Shown: one piece after another, positions 25,004 through 37,313 of the stretch
How positions within the stretch are numbered: the stretch's first letter is position 1
Layout of the letters: each line of letters begins with the position of its first letter
NCBI RefSeq assembly: GCF_018350175.1
Contig: NC_058383.1
Location: forward strand, 14,820,001 to 14,884,000
Length of the DNA: 64,000 nucleotides
Reading direction: 5' to 3'
Origin: Felis catus
Taxonomy: Eukaryota
Translations under genes and position numbers: made by a program
Notes under the pieces: model-generated
Seen by the model: only the letters and a program-made list of their open reading frames with translations
Told to the model about the DNA's origin: nothing
Databases searched by the model: none

Positions 25004-26048
25004 TTGGAAGAATAAATATTGTTAAAATGTCAATACTACCCAAAGCTATCTACACATTCAATGCAATCCCAATAAAATTGCACCCACATTCTTCTCAAAG
25101 CTAAAACAAGCAATCCTAAAATGTGTATGGAACCACAAAAGACCCTGAATAGCCAAAGTAATATTGAAGAAGACCAAAGAGGGAGGCATCACAATCCCAG
25201 ACTTTAGCCTCTGCTACAAAGCTGTAATCATCAAGACAGCATGGCATTGGCACAAAAACAGACACAAAAACCAATGGAATAGAATAGAGACTCCAGAACT
25301 GGATCCACAAAAGTATGGCCAATTAATCTTTGACAAAGCAGGAAAGAATATCCAATGGAAAAAAGACAGTCTCTTTAATGAATGGTGCTGGGAGAACTGG
25401 ACAGCAACATGCAGAAGAATGAAACTAGACCATTTTCTTATACCACTCACAAAAATAAACTCAAAATGGATGAAGGACCTGAATGTGAGAAAGGAAACCA
25501 TCAAAACCCTAGAGGAGAAAGCAGGAAAAAACCTCTCTGACCTCAGCCGTAGCAATTTCTTACTTGACACATCTCCAAAGGCAAGGGAATTAAAAGCAAA
25601 AATGAACTATTGGGGCCTCATGAAGAGAAAAAGCTTCTGCACTGCAAAGGAAATAATCAACAAAACTAAAAGGCAGCCGACGGAATGGGAAAAGATATTT
25701 GCAAATGACATATCAGGACAAAGGGCTAGTATCCAAGATCTATAAAGAGCTCACCAAACTCCACACCCGAAAAACAAATAATCCAGTGAAGAAATGGGCA
25801 GAAGACATGAACAGACACTTCTCTAAAAAAGACATCCGGATGGCCAACAGGCACATGAAAAGATGCTCAACGTTGCTCCTCATCAGGGAAATACAAATCA
25901 AAACCACACTCAGATATCACCTCACGCCAGTCAGAGTGGCCAAAACGAACAAATCAGGAGACTATAGATGCTGGAGAGGATGTGGAGAAACGGGAACCCT
26001 CTCGCACTGTTGGTGGGAATGCAAACGGGTGCAGCCACTCTGGAAAAC
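25004..26048 (+). mobile_element. Young felid-type L1, inverted 5' segment of the same insertion
   Basis: ORFs 25164-25745 and 25699-26091 are L1 ORF2 ([21 protein letters not shown]). Ends at ctggaaaac next to TSD agtaggtact. Confidence 0.95.
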
Positions 26049-27044
26049 AGTAGGTACTTTTTATCCCCTTTTGTTACAGGTAAGAAAATGAGGCACAGAG
26101 AAGTTAGAGGTCCTGAAGAGGGAACTACTTCAGTACTTACGCCTCCAGGTAGGGCTGGCCTGAAGTGGAAGGAGAAACTACTTCTGTGTTTTAGTCCGGC
26201 GATGGGGACAGGAAAACAGGGGCAGAAATTTGACCTGAGCCTGACATCTACAGAGACAAAATGGATCCTCCCCCCTCACTCCCTTGTCTGTGGCTCTCCT
26301 GAGCCTCCAGAACACTCTAGAGAGCAATATTTTGTAGAGAAAAATTAAAAAATAAAAATAAAAAAATAAACAGTATGAGGTATCTCTCCTCTCCAAAGAG
26401 GTACAGGGGAATGGGTGAAAAAATTACTAAGATAGAGTCAGCATGGAATGCCCAGCGAGCTAGTGAATGGCCTGCCTCTGCTGTGTGTCCTTGATAGCAT
26501 GCTATCTTCAAGGGCCCTGGTCCAGCAGGAGGGACCCCAGGCCACCTTCTGCTGCCTCCCTAATCTGCATCAAGTGGCATGGATCAAGGACAAGGAAGAG
26601 CAGCTGATTCTATCCCATCTCACACAAACCGTGGAGTAATCTTAATTTTTCAAAAGTTAATCCCTCCCACCCCCCCACCCCCTGCCCCCCCCCGCTCCTA
26701 CGCGCACGGTATGTGAGTCACTGTTTACATATCTGGTCCCCTCCTAGACGATGAGTTAAACCAGACTAATTTAGTAATCTCATTATCACCAGCCAATTTG
26801 TGTCCACGTGTTCATGCAAAAATATCATTCTGAATCAAATCTCTCATCATCAGTTTTGGCTAAAAAGGACAATGGTGGGGGAGAACAGCAAATCTCTCTA
26901 CTTTCTTAAAAGCATACACTGCTATCAGTAAAAGATTTTAAAACATACATGACATTCATCTACTCATAAGTTGTATGCACATACTGTTTACTTCTAAAAT
27001 ATTAGCAAAACTCAGCTTTATTCTTAATTTTACATACAAAAAAA

Positions 27045-27258
27045 ATTTTTTGTAAGGTTTATTTGTTTTTGACAGAGAGAGAAGAAGCGAGCGTGAGCTA
27101 GGGAGGGGCAGAGAGAGAGGGAGACACAGAATCCGAAGCAGGCTCCAGGCTCCGAGCTGTCAGCACAGAGCCTGACGCGGGGCTTGAACTCACGAACCGT
27201 GAGATCACGCCCTGGGCCGAACTCGGGCGCTTACCTGACTGAGCCACATTAAGCCCCC
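27045..27258 (-). mobile_element. Can-SINE
   Basis: Body is clear and the head is altered. TSD cttaattt(t/g)acat. Confidence 0.92.
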
Positions 27259-27965
27259 TTAATTTGACATTTAAAAAGATATGAGGAAGTTCTGGTATTT
27301 TCTTCCCATGCCTCAGTGCATTTTTTCCATAGCCCTTACAGTGTCCCACGTTGGATACCTGTGATATAGACCATGATAAAATAAAAGGAATACTGAATTA
27401 TAATCATGGTTTTGACATTAACTACATAATGATCTGGGGCCAAATTATTCTTCCTTTTTGTGTCTCATTGTCCATATTTTTCTGTTGGGCTAATAATACT
27501 CACTTAGCTGCCTTGCACAGATGGTGATAAAACCTCCAAAAAGGTTAAGCCGTATGTCGACACAAAACAGTGCTATTTTTACGATTGTGACTATTGTATT
27601 GATGATTGTGGGAAAGCTGGGGATAGGCACACTGCAAACTCGCAGAAGTAGACTGATTCTAAGTTCCAGTAGGGCTCAGCACCACAGCTGAGCACAGTGA
27701 AAATCACATCCCTATCAAGGATGATTCGGCTAGTCAACCAGAGTATTAGAAGTCAAAGCACATGGGGAGGGGAAAGGACTCTGAGGAGTGGCTGAGGGCA
27801 TAGGTATTAAATTACAGATCTCCTGAGAACCATCAGAACGCTTAGATCACGGGATGGGCTGCCCCAGAAAGTACTAGATACAGGAGGGAGTTGGGCAGGC
27901 ACACATCCATCACGGACCACTGTAGGGGGACGTTTGCCTGGATGGGTGGCTGTACCATGACACAC

Positions 27966-28600
27966 TGTATCTGCTTCTTGCGGCTGCTATCACAAATTGT
28001 CACACTCTTGGTGGCTTAAAACAAGAAAACTCTTCTCCCACAGTTTTGCAGGCTAGAAGCCTGAAATCAGTATCACTGGGTCAAAATCAAGAGTACTCCC
28101 TCTGGGGGCACCCGGGTGGCTCCGTCGGTTAGGCATCTGGCTCTTGATTTTGGCTCATAGGTCGTGATCTCGCGGTCATGGCCTTGAACCCTGCATCGGG
28201 CTCTACGCTGGGTATGAAGCCTGCTTGAGACTCTCTCTCTCCCTCTGCCCCTCTGTCACTTGCTCTCTTAAAAAATAAAAAGTACTCCCTCTGGATGCTC
28301 TAAGGGGAGAATTCATCCCTTGCTTCTAGCAGTTTCCAGCGTTTGCTGAGTTCCTTGGTTGGTGGCCACATCGCTCCAATCTCCGCTTCCGTCTGCACGT
28401 GGCCTTCTCTGCGTGTGCCAAATAGCCCTCTGCTTCCGCGTCATTGCATTTAGGGCTCACGCTGATAATACACGATAACTGCCCCAGCTCAAGATCTTTA
28501 ACTTAGTCCCATTTGCACACTCTTTTTTCCAAATAAGTGGATACCAGTTCCAAGGGTTAGAACCTGATATCTTTGGGAGGCCCCTTTTCAGCCTATCATA
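27966..28600 (-). mobile_element. MLT1-family MaLR solo LTR (interrupted by a SINE)
   Basis: ggctgctatcacaaattgtcacactcttggtggcttaaaacaa...ggctagaagcctgaaatcag ... ttcagcctatcata. Confidence 0.8.
28104..28281 (+). mobile_element. Can-SINE nested in MLT1
   Basis: TSD agtactccctct. Confidence 0.93.
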
Positions 28601-28686
28601 CTCCTCTCTGGTTTCCCTGTACCCTGAGATCCTATGACCCCATAGTGAGGGCATAGGCAGCAGCACAAATAAAATAAGGTATTGTA

Positions 28687-28898
28687 GGGGCACGTGGGTG
28701 GCTCAGTCGCTTAAGCGTCCGACTTCAGCTCAGGTCACGATCTCACTGTCCGTGGGTTCGAGCCCCGCATCGGGCTCTGGGCTGACGGCTCGGAGCCTGG
28801 AGCCTGTTTCCGATTCTGTGTCTCCCTCTCTCTCTCTCTCTGCCCCTCCCCCGTTCATGCTCTGTCTCTCTCTGTCCCAAAAATAAACGTTGAAAAAA

Positions 28899-28929
<31 letters not shown>

Positions 28930-28952
28930 ATGTTTAAAAAAATTAAAAAAAA
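28687..28952 (+). mobile_element. Young Can-SINE (SINEC_Fc-like) with (TAAA)n tail
   Basis: CpG-rich, near consensus. Perfect TSD aaaataaggtattgta. Confidence 0.96.
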
Positions 28953-30278
28953 ATAAGGTATTGTATAAATGGCATGAGTGTGAAAGCAGTGGGCGATGGA
29001 AGGAGGGACCAACCACGGCCTCTTGGGGGATGTACAGAGGCCCCTAGAGCATCAGACCCAGAAGCACATGGAACAGAGGAAAATCCCAGTGCCTGACAGT
29101 CTCCAGGCAAGTCCCCCAGCCCTGGCCCGTCCTAGTTTCTTCTCTCTTCCACCTGATATTTTCTAATTGCTTTAGGAAAAACTCTTGTCACTACGAAGCA
29201 AACAACCTCTCTGTCAAGACCGGTTTGGTCAGTCAAGCACAACAGCACATAGGAAGGCAGAGGGCAGATGAAGGTGAAGGGCTGTCGGGGATGCAGAGCA
29301 CTTCCCACTCTCCTCTGTTCCTTTCCAGAATGTCAGAAGACTTGCACCAGGCCATCATTTCTACATGGCCTCCTGGGGAGGCCGGGCCAGAACAGGGAAG
29401 GCGTGTTCTGGGACAGAGACTCCGTCCGGCTGCCTCGGGCCCTCGAGGCTCTTCCTGGCCCAGCGCTCTGCTGCTCACGGAGGCCTCGGGACTCAGCCGG
29501 GTTCTCCTCCCTGATGGCAACCTCAGACATTAAACGCATCCCGCCTGCTCTGCACAGCTCTTTGTGATCTGTGAGTCTGCCTGCGTCCCTTTGGAATCTC
29601 TTCATAGCCCCTGCTTCTGTCCCCTTCAAAGGGGTAAGAGATCCCTGAGCTTATTATGGGCCTATAGAGTAGGACTTACTTTCCTGTATCCCAAACTTCT
29701 CGCTCGAAATAAAAAAGATCTCGAAGGATCAATTTCAAAACGTCATGTACAATCCTGGGTTAGCTCTCTACAATTATAATATTACAGATCTTAACCTTGT
29801 CCCCCTTAGCGTTTGCATCTTCATTTGCAGGGGACCAAACTTTGTCATATGTTCCCAGAAGGCCTCCCCCACCCGCCATGGCTCAGTGTTTTAAGTCCTC
29901 TTAGAAGTTTGGCTCCTAAAGCCTTGCTGTGACATAAAGCAGAAACACTTGCAGTCCTCAGGCCTGACTGAGCTCACCCAGAAGGCTAAAACACAACCAG
30001 GTGGAGAGACTCCAATGGGTCCTGCTTGTTTTTATGGTTCCCTGTGGTTTAAGAAGCTACAATTCCAGATACGTGTGGCTGCTGAACCTTAACGAGGGGA
30101 GACGAGGGTATCCTAACAGTGTTTCTCTAGGATCGTAAGAGGTGGGATTCCGGTTGCATTTAGTCCCTCCTTTAAAAAATATTTGTTGAACACCTACTAG
30201 GTGCAAGGGGTCAGTTAAGAAGGAAGGGAATCAAATCTCAATATGACAGATCCCTGCCCTTAAGAAGCTAACTGTGCT

Positions 30279-30483
30279 GGGGCACCTGGGTGGCTCAGTG
30301 GTTTATGTGTCTGACTCTTGGTTTCGCCTTAGGTCATGATCTCCTGGTTTGTGAGTTCAAGCCCTGCATCGGGCTCTCTGCTGTCGGTGCAGAACCTGCT
30401 TTAGACGCTCTGTCTCCCTCTTTCTCTGCCCCTCTTCTACTCACACTCTCTCCCTCTCTCAAAAATAGTTTATTAAAAAAAAA
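30279..30483 (+). mobile_element. Can-SINE (first of a head-to-tail pair)
   Basis: Full length. Confidence 0.93.
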
Positions 30484-30488
30484 GAAGT

Positions 30489-30690
30489 GGGGTGCCCAGG
30501 GGGTTCAGTCAGTTAAGCATCTGACTTCAGCTCAGGTTAGGATCTAACTGTTCATGAGTTCGAGCCCAACCTTGGATTCTGTGACACCCTAGAGCCTGGA
30601 GCCTGCTTCAGATTCTGTGTCTCCCTCTATCTCTGCCTCTTCCCCACTCACACTGTGTCTCTCAAAAATGAATAAACATAATTAAGAAAA
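30489..30690 (+). mobile_element. Can-SINE (second of the pair)
   Basis: Full length. Flanked by aaaagaag on both sides. Confidence 0.93.
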
Positions 30691-30705
30691 GAAGCTAGCC
30701 ATTCT

Positions 30706-31260
30706 GAATGGATAAACAAAATGTGTACATATATGTCCACGCACGCGCACACACACACACACTCAGAGTAGGATATTATTCGGCCATAAAAAAGAAGGAA
30801 ATTTTGCCATTTGCAACAACATGAAGGGCATTATGCCAAGTGAAATAAGTCAGGGAAAGACAAAACCCGTATGATCTCACTTACATAGGAATCTCTGGGA
30901 AAAACAACAACAACAACATGGGGAACAGATTGAAGACTGCCAAAGGCAAGGGACATTGGGGAGTGGGGATAAAAGTGGTCAAAAGGTACAAACTTCCAGT
31001 TACAAGATAAATTAAGTCCTGGGGATGTCACATACAGCACGGTGACTACAGTTAAGTATATCGCATCGTATATTTGAAAGTTGCCTGAGGAGTAGATCTT
31101 AAAAGTTCTCATTACAAGAAAAGAGAAAAAAATTACGCGTCATGGTGGATGTAAAACAGACTTATTATAGTAATCGTTTCACAATGCATACATATATACA
31201 TTATTATGTTGTATACCTAAAACTAATATAATATTATATGTCATTTATATCTCAAGTATA
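30706..31260 (+). mobile_element. L1 3' end (L1MA-like)
   Basis: gaatggataaacaaaatgtg, gccatttgcaacaacatg and gagtagatcttaaaagttctca. Confidence 0.88.
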
Positions 31261-31654
31261 TGCAGATATAGACATATAGATAAAGAAGCTGACCATCCCA
31301 CAGGGAGCATAAACCGTGAATACAGCTACCAACCACATCAGCCTTTCAGGATGAGATGTCAAATCCAGCCTTTGGCTGGCCGAGAAAATGAATCAGAAAG
31401 CAGATATCAAAAATCACGTTATGGGCTCAGAAAAGAAAAAGATCACATTTGGAGGCCTAACCCAAATTGAAGAAACAGTCCAAGCTGGATCTCAGAGACC
31501 CCTAGTCAGAGGGGTAGGACCCCTCAGGGTCCACATCTTTGAGTCTGTGTGGCCTGTTCCCCTTCACCCCCCAAAGAGATTGGCATGGCTGCCCATTTTA
31601 TGGGAAATCTGGCATCAGATTTGGTTCCCTGACAACCTGCTGACCAAGTCCATG

Positions 31655-31920
31655 GACATTCATCAATCCCATTAATCGACAAATATTTATAGAATGTCTA
31701 TCACCTGGAGAGCATTGTGCTAGGAGCCAGGGGGAGCCAAATGTAAATTGGAGTAGATCATACCTGGAAGAAGTTTCTAGTCTCATGAGATAAAAGTCTA
31801 TAAAGAAACAGATGTGGAAGAGTCATCAGTGAAATGCTATGAAAACTGAAGGAAGAAGATATTACTTCTAGCCAAGCAGGAAAGATTTACAGAGAAGAAA
31901 AGGCATCTGAAGATCAGAGC
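31655..31920 (-). mobile_element. L2 remnant
   Basis: cattcatc...acaaatatttatagaatgtcta...cattgtgctaggagccaggg. Confidence 0.55.
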
Positions 31921-32167
31921 TGGATACAACCAAAAATGTCCTATAACCTGTTTCCCAGAAGAGGAGGTAAGACCTTGAATGATGTTTAGTCTTCTTGATA
32001 TCCAATACTACAAATACTACAAAAGATTTTGATATTTGATATACAAATACTACAAAAGAAAATTAATAATACTTAAAGACTATGATATAAAAATCAATAA
32101 ATTTTATGTTACATGATAAGGGAATATGGAAACAAAGGTATTTACATATATATATATTTTTTAAAGC

Positions 32168-32392
32168 ATTTTTTTTTAATTTTTTTTTTCAACGTTTATT
32201 TATTTTTGGGACAGAGAGAGACAGAGCATGAACGGGGGAGGGGCAGAGAGAGAGGGAGACACAGAATCGGAAACAGGCTCCAGGCTCTGAGCCATCAGCC
32301 CAGAGCCGGACGTGGGGCTCGAACTCACGGACCGCGAGATCGTGACCTGGCTGAAGTCGGACGCTTAACTGACTGCGCCACCCAGGCGCCCC
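32168..32392 (-). mobile_element. Young Can-SINE (SINEC_Fc-like) inside ERV-L
   Basis: Near consensus. TSD tatatatatattttt. Confidence 0.96.
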
Positions 32393-32592
32393 TATATATA
32401 TATTTTTAATAACAAATATATTCATAACAAAACGAGGAGGGAACACTCATGACAACTACAGTTCTCCTTTCTGTAACTGGTCACGTAGTCAGAACAGGTA
32501 ACCTTCTTCTAATGCCAATTCTGTTCCCCCTTTGCCTTCAGCAAGCACCTCCGCCAGCTGTGATTCTCTCCATCGTGGGGTGACCCGAATCT

Positions 32593-32960
32593 TCATTCCC
32601 GAAGGGTTAGGGCCAATAGTAAGTAGTCCTGCCTGGACGGTGCTGTTATAGCTTTCCATGGACTTTCATCACAGGGCACGGTAACACCAAGAGAGCCCTC
32701 AAGGATCTCCCACATCCAGACATACTCTTCCTTACCTCCACCGTGGAACAGCAGTCCGATAATTTTCCCACGGTAGTCAGGATCAAACACCCCAGCCAGC
32801 ACAATCAATCCCTTCTTTGCCTTGTTGGTCAAGAAGCATGAGGAGGCCAAAGTGGCCAGCGGCCATCTTAACTTTCAGTTCAATGGAACCATTGTCCTGT
32901 CTCTGGATAGAAGCATTCCTCCATTTGTAGCTAAGGCCTCCAGGCCAGCAGAGGACAAGA
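32593..32960 (-). pseudogene. ERV-L dUTPase remnant
   Basis: GLEAL..NGGMLL..D.TMVPLN followed by AKKGLIVLAGVFDPDYRG (dUTPase motif III). Frameshifted. Confidence 0.85.
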
Positions 32961-33900
32961 CCACGGGGACAGGACGCAACAGTTCTGCCAGCGAGTCCCT
33001 AGGAGTAAAAATGGAGTGGACTACTCCTATTTTGAACCCATGAATCCTGGCTATAAGAGAGACGGAGCCTCGCACTGTATACCTACCGATTCAAGTTGCC
33101 TTCTAGACAACCCTGCCCTGGCCCTGAAAGGTGTTGCCACCTAGCTGGCCCTGTAACAGAGTCTTCAAAAGCTTTTTCCACTGTCCCACTAAAGCCAGCT
33201 GCTTCATAACGGTGGGGAAGCACGGTAAGACGGGTGAATTCCCAGGGTGTCTGGGTGGCTCGGTCGGTTAAGCACCTGACTTCGGCTCAGGTCATGATCT
33301 TGCGGTTTGTGGGTTCAAACCCTGCGTCAGGCTCTCTGCTGACAGCTCAGAGCCTGCTTCAGATTCTGTGCCTCCCCCTCTCTCTGCCCCTCCCCCACTC
33401 ACACTCTGTCTGTCTGTCTCTCTCTCTCAAAAATAGATAAATAGAACATTAAAAAAAAAAGGATATCGGTGAATTCCTTGAGCACGGGTCCACTGCCATA
33501 CTTCATTTGCTGTGAAGTGAGTTCCTTGATGAGAAACAGTGCCGTGTGGAGCACCGTGAGGGTAGGTAAGGCATTCTGTAAGTCCACAGATGGTAGTTTG
33601 GGCATAAAGGGAAGGCAAATCTGTACCCAGTGTCTACTGAAGTTAAGGACAAACCCTGCCCCTTCCGTGATGGAAACGGTCCAGTATAATCAACCTGACT
33701 CAGTGCTGGTCTCTGTGGCTGGCAGACTGGGCACTCGGCCGTGCCTGCAGCCCAGTCAGCCTTAGTGAGTGGAGGTTCAGGTCTCTGAGCCCACATATGA
33801 CTCCTGCCACCGTGCCCACTTTTTTCACCAACTCATCGGGCAATGCCGGGGGTGGCTGGGGGAAAAGGCGGACTGGTATACACAGAACAGGTCGTCTTAT
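32960..33900 (-). pseudogene. ERV-L integrase remnant (interrupted by a SINE)
   Basis: PLTKAD...ECPVCQ zinc-finger half, QVDYTGP and QGTHFTANEVWQW. Confidence 0.85.
33244..33460 (+). mobile_element. Can-SINE inside ERV-L integrase
   Basis: TSD ggtgaattcc. Confidence 0.94.
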
Positions 33901-34619
33901 CCACTTGATTAGCAAATTCCTCCTCTGCTTGAGGTCACTCTGTGATGAGCATGCACTTGAGACACACATATTATCATGTTGTTTACCCACTCACATATCT
34001 CTCCCCCAAGTTTCCCTGTCACCAATCTTCCCATCACGTTCCTTTCAAGGCCCTCACCATCTAGCCAAACCACTGGCCACGGCCCGTGAACTGGTGTATA
34101 ATCATATGTCTGGTCCTTTCTCTTCCCAAGCAAAGTGAAAAGCCAGGTGCACTGCTTAAAGTTCTGCCCAGTGGGAGGTTTTCCATTCACCACGGTCCTT
34201 CAGGGATGCCCCAGAGAGGGGCTATAGAGCTGCAACTGTCCATTTTCAGGTGGCATGTGCCTACTGCGTAGAGCCATCTGGAAACCAAGTCTTTTCCTTC
34301 TCTGCCAACCAATCAAAGGGAACTCCCCATGGGGCCACAGGTGCAGGCTGCAAGAGAGAAGTCAGTGTAGCAGAAGTGGGGACCATGGGCATTTGGGCCA
34401 CTTCATGTAACTTACTTGTATCTTCAGGGAGTGTTTGGGCCCGGTCACATACGTACCACTTCCATTTGACGATGGGATGCTACTGTGCGCACCCAACTTT
34501 ATGGCTTGGTGGGGCAGATAACACTCAGCTCATGATGGGCAGCTCAGGTTGTACAGTAACATGGTGGCCCATGGTCAAGTATTCAGTCTCTACTAAGGCC
34601 TAGTATCAGGCCAAGTGCT

Positions 34620-35316
34620 GTCCACACCACTGGACCCCTAGAAATTTCACTGAGGTAGAAGACCCCTGAAAGTCTCACATTCATTTCCCATATTCCCACT
34701 CTGGCATGCAAACATCTAACCAGGAAGTCTAGACCAGTTGCTACTTCTCGCTCACGAGGTCTCACTGGCATAGTGTCATTGACATAATGGACCATTGTGA
34801 TATCGTGTGGAAGCCAAAGACGAGCAAGATTCTGTAGACTAAATTGTGAGGAGCTGAGGAGTTGATACACCCTGAGCTGGGACAGTGAAGGTATATTGAT
34901 GGTGTTGCCAGCGGAAAGCAAACAGCTTCTGGTGGTCCTGCTCGACAGGAATGGAGAAAAAGGCACTTTCCAGATCACTAGCTAAATACCAGGGAGCAGG
35001 GGATGTGCTGATTTGCTCAAATAATGAAACCACATTTGGTCCAGTGGCTGAAATTGTTGCCACCACCTGGTTACATTTAGGAAAATCCACTGTCATTCTC
35101 CAAGATCTATTTGTCTTCTTCATAAGCCAAATAAGTGAGTTGAATGGGCATGTGGTGAGTGGGAATCATCACCCTTCTATCTTTCAAGACGCTGATGGTG
35201 GCGCTAAGCTCTGCCATCCTTCCAGGAATCTGGTATCGCTTTTGGTTCACTATTTTGCTTGGTAGAGGCAGTTCTAGTGGCTTCCACCTGGTTCCTTTCA
35301 CCATAATAACCCTCAT
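34620..35316 (-). pseudogene. ERV-L reverse transcriptase remnant
   Basis: WKPLELPLPSKIVNQKRYQIPG, WRMTVDF, DLESAFFSIP and HYVND (decayed YIDD). Multiple frameshifts. Confidence 0.9.
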
Positions 35317-37313
35317 TCAACAGTCAGGGAACAATAGTGGGGATTTGGCCACCATCTAAATACATCTATTCCAATTATTCATTCCAAAACTGGGGAAAAT
35401 AATCACAGGAGAGGTTCAGAGATCCATTGAGCCACTGGGAAACAGACCGGACCCCCATAAGTCCCCACTCTAACTGGTGGACCACATACCATTTGGGTTC
35501 TTGTGGAATCAGTGTCAGTGCCCACTGTCTCCAAAGGATTGGTTATCTCCTTTCCCCCACTGCATGGTGGCCCTGGTAGAAAGCTTTGGGTCCCCCTGGA
35601 TTAAGGATTAACAAGTATAAAGTTGGTCAGTGTACTGAGGCCTTCCTTCAAGAGGACCTGACCTCTCCTTCATTTAAGGGGTCTAGGTCTGTAAATTGGC
35701 TCAAGTCTGGGAATTGATAGAGGGACCATAACTCTGTTTTTATGATTCAGGTTAGACTTTTGTTTACTTGATCTAGAACTTTTCTGATTGCACAGATCAA
35801 GTGAGAATTTAGTAGGCTGCCCATCTATTTCACTTTTATGATCAACTAACTGTGAGAGTCAGACCATACTGATTGCTTCTTTGACTTTACTGTCTATCAC
35901 AGCAACCATGTCCCCCTTGCCTTGGTAGGTGAGTACCACCACTTTGCCCTGCCACCCTAGGTTTCCCAATTCAATGACTATAGTTGCCACTGTAAGGTTT
36001 GGCCCACAGAGAAGAGGTACCACAGAGAACTTCAAGGATGACAGGATCCCCTCATAAATGTATTCCTCACAGTATAGGTGAAAGGTATATCTTCTGGACT
36101 CCCACCCCGTGCTGGTGAGTAGGTTTTAAATGACAAATCCACTGTAGCATTCCAATATCCCTGTCTTTAAGTCCCTTCCTCTACATTAAATCAACGGAGG
36201 TCCAGCATTTTTATCTCACTCAACTGTGGGCCACCTTCTGGTCCATATTCCAGCCAACAAACCAAATTGTTAGAGTCCTTTCTAAGTCCCAAGCTGCAAC
36301 ATTAAATGCAGAATCTCTGCTTGGTGAGCCTAATCCAACTTTCTGTTCCTTCCACCATTTTTCTGCACCCTTAATTTCCATTCCCTTACGTGTTCCCAGA
36401 TTTCTGTCCATAAATTAGAAAACTCAAGTAGTGCTTTCGGATTGTAGCACACCTCCTCATGGGTCACATTGCGTACATTGTCTTTAGGGTGCTGTTAGAA
36501 CTCAAGTCTAGTTAGCAAAGAGGGATGGGGGGGAGATGGTTCCTGAGGAGATTCAGCATCGTCTTGCATGACAACTGCCTCAAGGGAAGGCATTATAGTT
36601 TCCTCAGAAAATTCAGGGTTCATCCCCTAGATGGAAATACTGCTCCACAGGGGATCGGGTAACTTCTTCCACTGGCAAAGAAGATTCATCAGAATTTGGG
36701 GGCTCAAAGTCTCCAGCTTCATCAGGATGTTCCCATATATCCCCATTCCACTTTGATGACCCCATTCCTTCCAGTCGATGCCTTTCAATAGTAGGCATTC
36801 TATGAGGATGGAAATTCAACTGGCATTAACTCAGCCAGTTGGAGGATGAGATTCTGGGTTTGATTTTCAGTAATCTCAGCCCTTCAGCGACAAGAGATAA
36901 GGTTCTCCTTCAGGGTACGCATGGAAACTTTCAGATCATTTATGTGGCACTTGAGCTGAGAATTTGAATTCCTGAGCACATCCTTCGTTTCCTTGTTCTG
37001 TCCGGCAACATGAGGAACAAACAGTCAATCTCATTATATTCGTTAGTTGACCAAAAAGGTTTGAAGGTTTCATATATACAATCAGCCAGATCCGTGCCTC
37101 TTATAAGTGGACGATTAGAAGGATCCAGTGGTGATTATTTTCCATATCTCCCATTGCCAGATCACCCCGCACACCATCAGTGCTCTGCTTATCACTGGAA
37201 ATAGTCATTAGCATCTTTACATCTCATCAGATTAGAGAGCCAATTTAAACTCCAGAACCAATTCAGAAAGCTTATCCTTAAAATTCTATTCCTCTAGAAC
37301 CATCTTTGGTATC

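Larger units (their letters stand above)
24310..26110 (-). mobile_element. MIR split by the twin-primed L1 (pieces 24310-24418 and 26049-26110)
   Basis: Rejoined flanks give ccttatgaagtaggtact..ttatcccc..ttacaggtaagaaaatgaggcacagagaagtta, the MIR core. Confidence 0.75.
31922..37313 (-). mobile_element. ERV-L internal region (degenerate gag-pro-pol-dUTPase, no env, 3' LTR absent)
   Basis: gag-like WNGDIWEHPDEAGDFEP and SRDSAFNVAAW. RT WRMTVDF..DLESAFFSIP..FAFRW..QYTFTV. IN ECPVCQ..QVDYTGP. dUTPase AGVFDPDYRG after IN, the ERV-L hallmark order. Confidence 0.93.

Noticed and set aside
25164..25745. Longest ORF (193 aa) as a gene
   Set aside because: It is a fragment of L1 ORF2 in a truncated, inverted insertion.
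27675..27695. REST/RE1-like site (TCAGCACCAC)
   Set aside because: Only the left half matches; the GGACAG half is absent.
28890..28930. Short tandem arrays as CRISPR-like repeats
   Set aside because: These are SINE tails and microsatellites with no spacers, and the DNA is mammalian.
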